This document shows positions 44,401 to 45,452 of a DNA stretch of 45,452 bases, in pieces. Both the position numbers and the translations under genes were made by a program. Source of the DNA: Acidobacteriota bacterium (GTDB lineage: Bacteria > Acidobacteriota > Blastocatellia > HR10 > JACQTD01); assembly GCA_016210985.1 (NCBI GenBank), contig JACQTD010000111.1, positions 1 through 45,452 on the forward strand, in the 5' to 3' direction. The number at the start of each line of letters is the position of its first letter. The first letter of the stretch is position 1. The notes under the pieces are model-generated. The model had not been told where the DNA came from. It saw only the letters and a program-made list of their open reading frames with translations, and made no database searches.

Positions 44401-45292
44401 TGACGATCACCTCCGGCACACGCGGGATGAGCCATCGGAGCATCAGCCCCTGTGCGGGCGTGAAGTCAAAGAAGCCATCGAGCACCAGCAACTGCACGTC
44501 CTCCAACCATGGCAGCCGCACGCGTTGACCATTGATTTCGCCGCGAAGGACCGCAATGGCCCGGAGCTGATCGGCATCGACCTCCGTCAATCGAAATTGT
44601 TCAAGCGCCTTGTGATAGAGGGAGTAGACCAGCCCGATTTCCCGGTCGAAGTCGATTTGCCGGGCGGGATGGCCGGTCTTGTGAGACGCGCGTAGGCCGG
44701 CGGGCAATTCCTCCGCCGAAGTCGCATCGGCTACGGCATCCAGGCGGCTAGGGAGGGGGTGGTCGGCGGATCGCCGCTCTACAATGCGCTCGAATTCTTC
44801 CGGCGTAATTCCTGCCCGCTGAATTTCACCTATCACGCCGGCTATGCTGTTGATGCATCCATCGTTCGAAGCCAGGGGCGCGAATGCGCGGATCCGGCCC
44901 GATTGCGTGAGCCGCCTGACGATGCGGGAGATCAGGCTGCGGGCGAGCGGAAGGACTTCACGGTCAATCGCCCCTCTGCCGGCCAGCGGAAGCCCGGTAT
45001 CCTCCTCGAGGGCGGTGGCGAGGAGGCGCCGGACAAATCCACGAAAGAGGTAGACGGGGACGGCGCCCCAGAGTGCCCGCCGACTCAGGCTGGCGAGCAG
45101 ACGGGTTGATACCGATTCAAGCAGAGGATAGGAAGCGGCCAGGTAGAGCAGGCGGGTTGCGGGCCCGCTGTCGAGCAACGAGGCGCAACGATTGATCAGG
45201 CGTGCGCGATGGCCACCCAGGATGGGGCCAAGCCAGATCTCTTTTGACAAGATTCCTCCCTCGCCTAACGGACGGACATGAAGTGCAGCCAT
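41411..45292 (-). CDS. addB: AddB-type subunit (degenerate motor domain + C-terminal Cas4-like Fe-S nuclease)
   Basis: The C-terminus has YGNCPYKFF...IDRIDL...YDYKRS...CSHCDFSAVC. The N-terminal P-loop position reads GPILGGHRARL, with no GK[ST]. It lies immediately upstream of addA and is coupled to it. Confidence 0.8.
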   Translation of the reverse strand: MAALHVRPLGEGGILSKEIWLGPILGGHRARLINRCASLLDSGPATRLLYLAASYPLLESVSTRLLASLSRRALWGAVPVYLFRGFVRRLLATALEEDTGLPLAGRGAIDREVLPLARSLISRIVRRLTQSGRIRAFAPLASNDGCINSIAGVIGEIQRAGITPEEFERIVERRSADHPLPSRLDAVADATSAEELPAGLRASHKTGHPARQIDFDREIGLVYSLYHKALEQFRLTEVDADQLRAIAVLRGEINGQRVRLPWLEDVQLLVLDGFFDFTPAQGLMLRWLIPRVPEVIVNVNWDERNPEIFSPFRETLDQLRAMAAFEIRPPEPSDSHPAGLAALKLDLFNSARSVPHSGNEVPPPDSGTDHTSIEASDSGVELLECSDRATEVRSIAREIKRLVLIEKYALGEMVLIVRERSSYADTIQRIFADEGIPTGLEPRIPVTDVPAVRAAVKLLRLMAEGRGHGARGVRAGELADVLKTGYFQPSRTALAELNCLLKEVEAGDLIREEAARVIVPAEGPDSPGSARTSGAGRWDVDALENVIAYVGSDLSIPEWIARARKLYAGLTPSRSGLIPLPSNSSEDETFAGDGNEAPSPDEEAEEWPATSQSWTLRRREIHPLAIAWAKLVVEHLRALLVAVPSEGRAQNLSAAILSLFRHLQYGERIARPLSMSASRLGLDQIALDLRGLEGLRRALAAAAKAFEISDSVLEIEGDPGMATLPAFVEEAQRCLRAQTLRAGTSDPAGLAVLEATDIRGLRFPVVFLAGLVEGGFPLRAGRDWIYPHEERERLKEYGLTLEDISPATLLKEEHYLYQVACRASERLYLSRPVIAEDGTETVASYFIEEIEHALAPRKICRRTIRSDYDGNDLLAASTGSELATAISRQEERCLQGDRDHRLLTSAELGRLISWSRDRGHLSDLALRRIRIGRERAGQAFGPFDGRLDRRELFDILEASFGCEHTFSASELNLYGNCPYKFFAERILKLEPRVEAALDLAATEEGQLLHEALRRFFSNRRGRSLLQAELVRLQEEMGGIADEIFDEHASRVPPLNPRIRSLDREIHKIILNQVVAYERELQQRTQALGVVPTFVEWAFGMKSVASDPESTSSFLEIQRRASPAAGEAVRLRGQIDRIDLAEDGTTIAYDYKRSGGSGVNDMKAGRDLQLGIYLEAVERLLRPGQTVAGGGYYLLRGSGERRNKGLYRAALKAYTQIGLRGGKVPSNLSEEDWQGLRQVMLQHIWSFIDRIRTGDFRPVPSLGLKTCSHCDFSAVCRYEPYRIRQKDARWVGSC

Positions 45293-45328
45293 CGCCGCGC
45301 CTCATCAGGAAAAGTCCGAGAGCTAATT

Positions 45329-45452
45329 ATGACAGATTGGTTCCAGGCGGAGCAGATGAACGCGTTCGTCGAACGCGGGTCCCAGACGGTCGCGCAGCCA
45401 CTGGTGGCGGTGATGATGACACGTGAAGACGAGCACCTGGTGCTGATAGGAG
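45329..45452 (+). CDS. Possible 5' end of a gene leaving the window
   Basis: The ATG at 45329 opens a frame to the window end (MTDWFQAEQMNAFVERGSQTVAQPLVAVMMTREDEHLVLIG...). No RBS or family is recognised. Confidence 0.25.
   Translation, partial: MTDWFQAEQMNAFVERGSQTVAQPLVAVMMTREDEHLVLIG

Overview
This is a GC-rich bacterial chromosomal window. The gene content (PadR plus membrane-sensor pair, LamG/CARDB and beta-helix exoproteins) suggests a soil Acidobacteriota-like organism, but that is inference only.

Layout:
1. 1-4.1 kb is an eroded flank. It holds a truncated Tat-signal alpha/beta hydrolase, an SDR tail, a frame-scrambled AraC gene, a possible degenerate GFA-like gene and a tiny Cys-rich exported peptide.
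2. 4332-12490 is an integrative element of about 8.1 kb in the 3' half of tRNA-Arg(CCG). It is bounded by perfect 47-bp direct repeats, with a third degenerate copy at 4126-4180. The backbone is integrase, XRE-HTH, Xis-like protein and a Zn-ribbon/TOPRIM/DUF3987 primase, with no capsid or conjugation genes. The visibly lower-GC cargo has four genes I cannot assign to any family: a three-gene exported or membrane operon with a duplicated signal-peptide cassette, and a NUMOD3-repeat protein without a nuclease motif. This cargo is my best candidate for an undescribed system.
3. 12.9-15.0 kb carries a double LamG + CARDB exoprotein, followed by tRNA-Arg(UCG) with a roughly 40-aa integrase tail remnant.
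4. 16.08-29.45 kb is a 12-gene Wzx/Wzy-type polysaccharide locus. It contains two APH-like kinase paralogues (one interrupted by an in-frame TAG inside the catalytic loop), a PLAT/LH2-like secreted protein and a terminal beta-barrel gene. The locus abuts a truncated arsC.
5. 29.45-31.28 kb is an eroded ars locus: arsC stub, intact arsM, ACR3 stub, a perfect 11-6-11 palindrome and arsR.
6. The remainder holds a PadR module, a 940-aa beta-helix exoprotein with four tandem 106-aa repeats, a PPi-type phosphofructokinase and translationally coupled AddA/AddB.

I found no rRNA, CRISPR array or transposase. All calls are by eye from the translations and the sequence. No searches were run.
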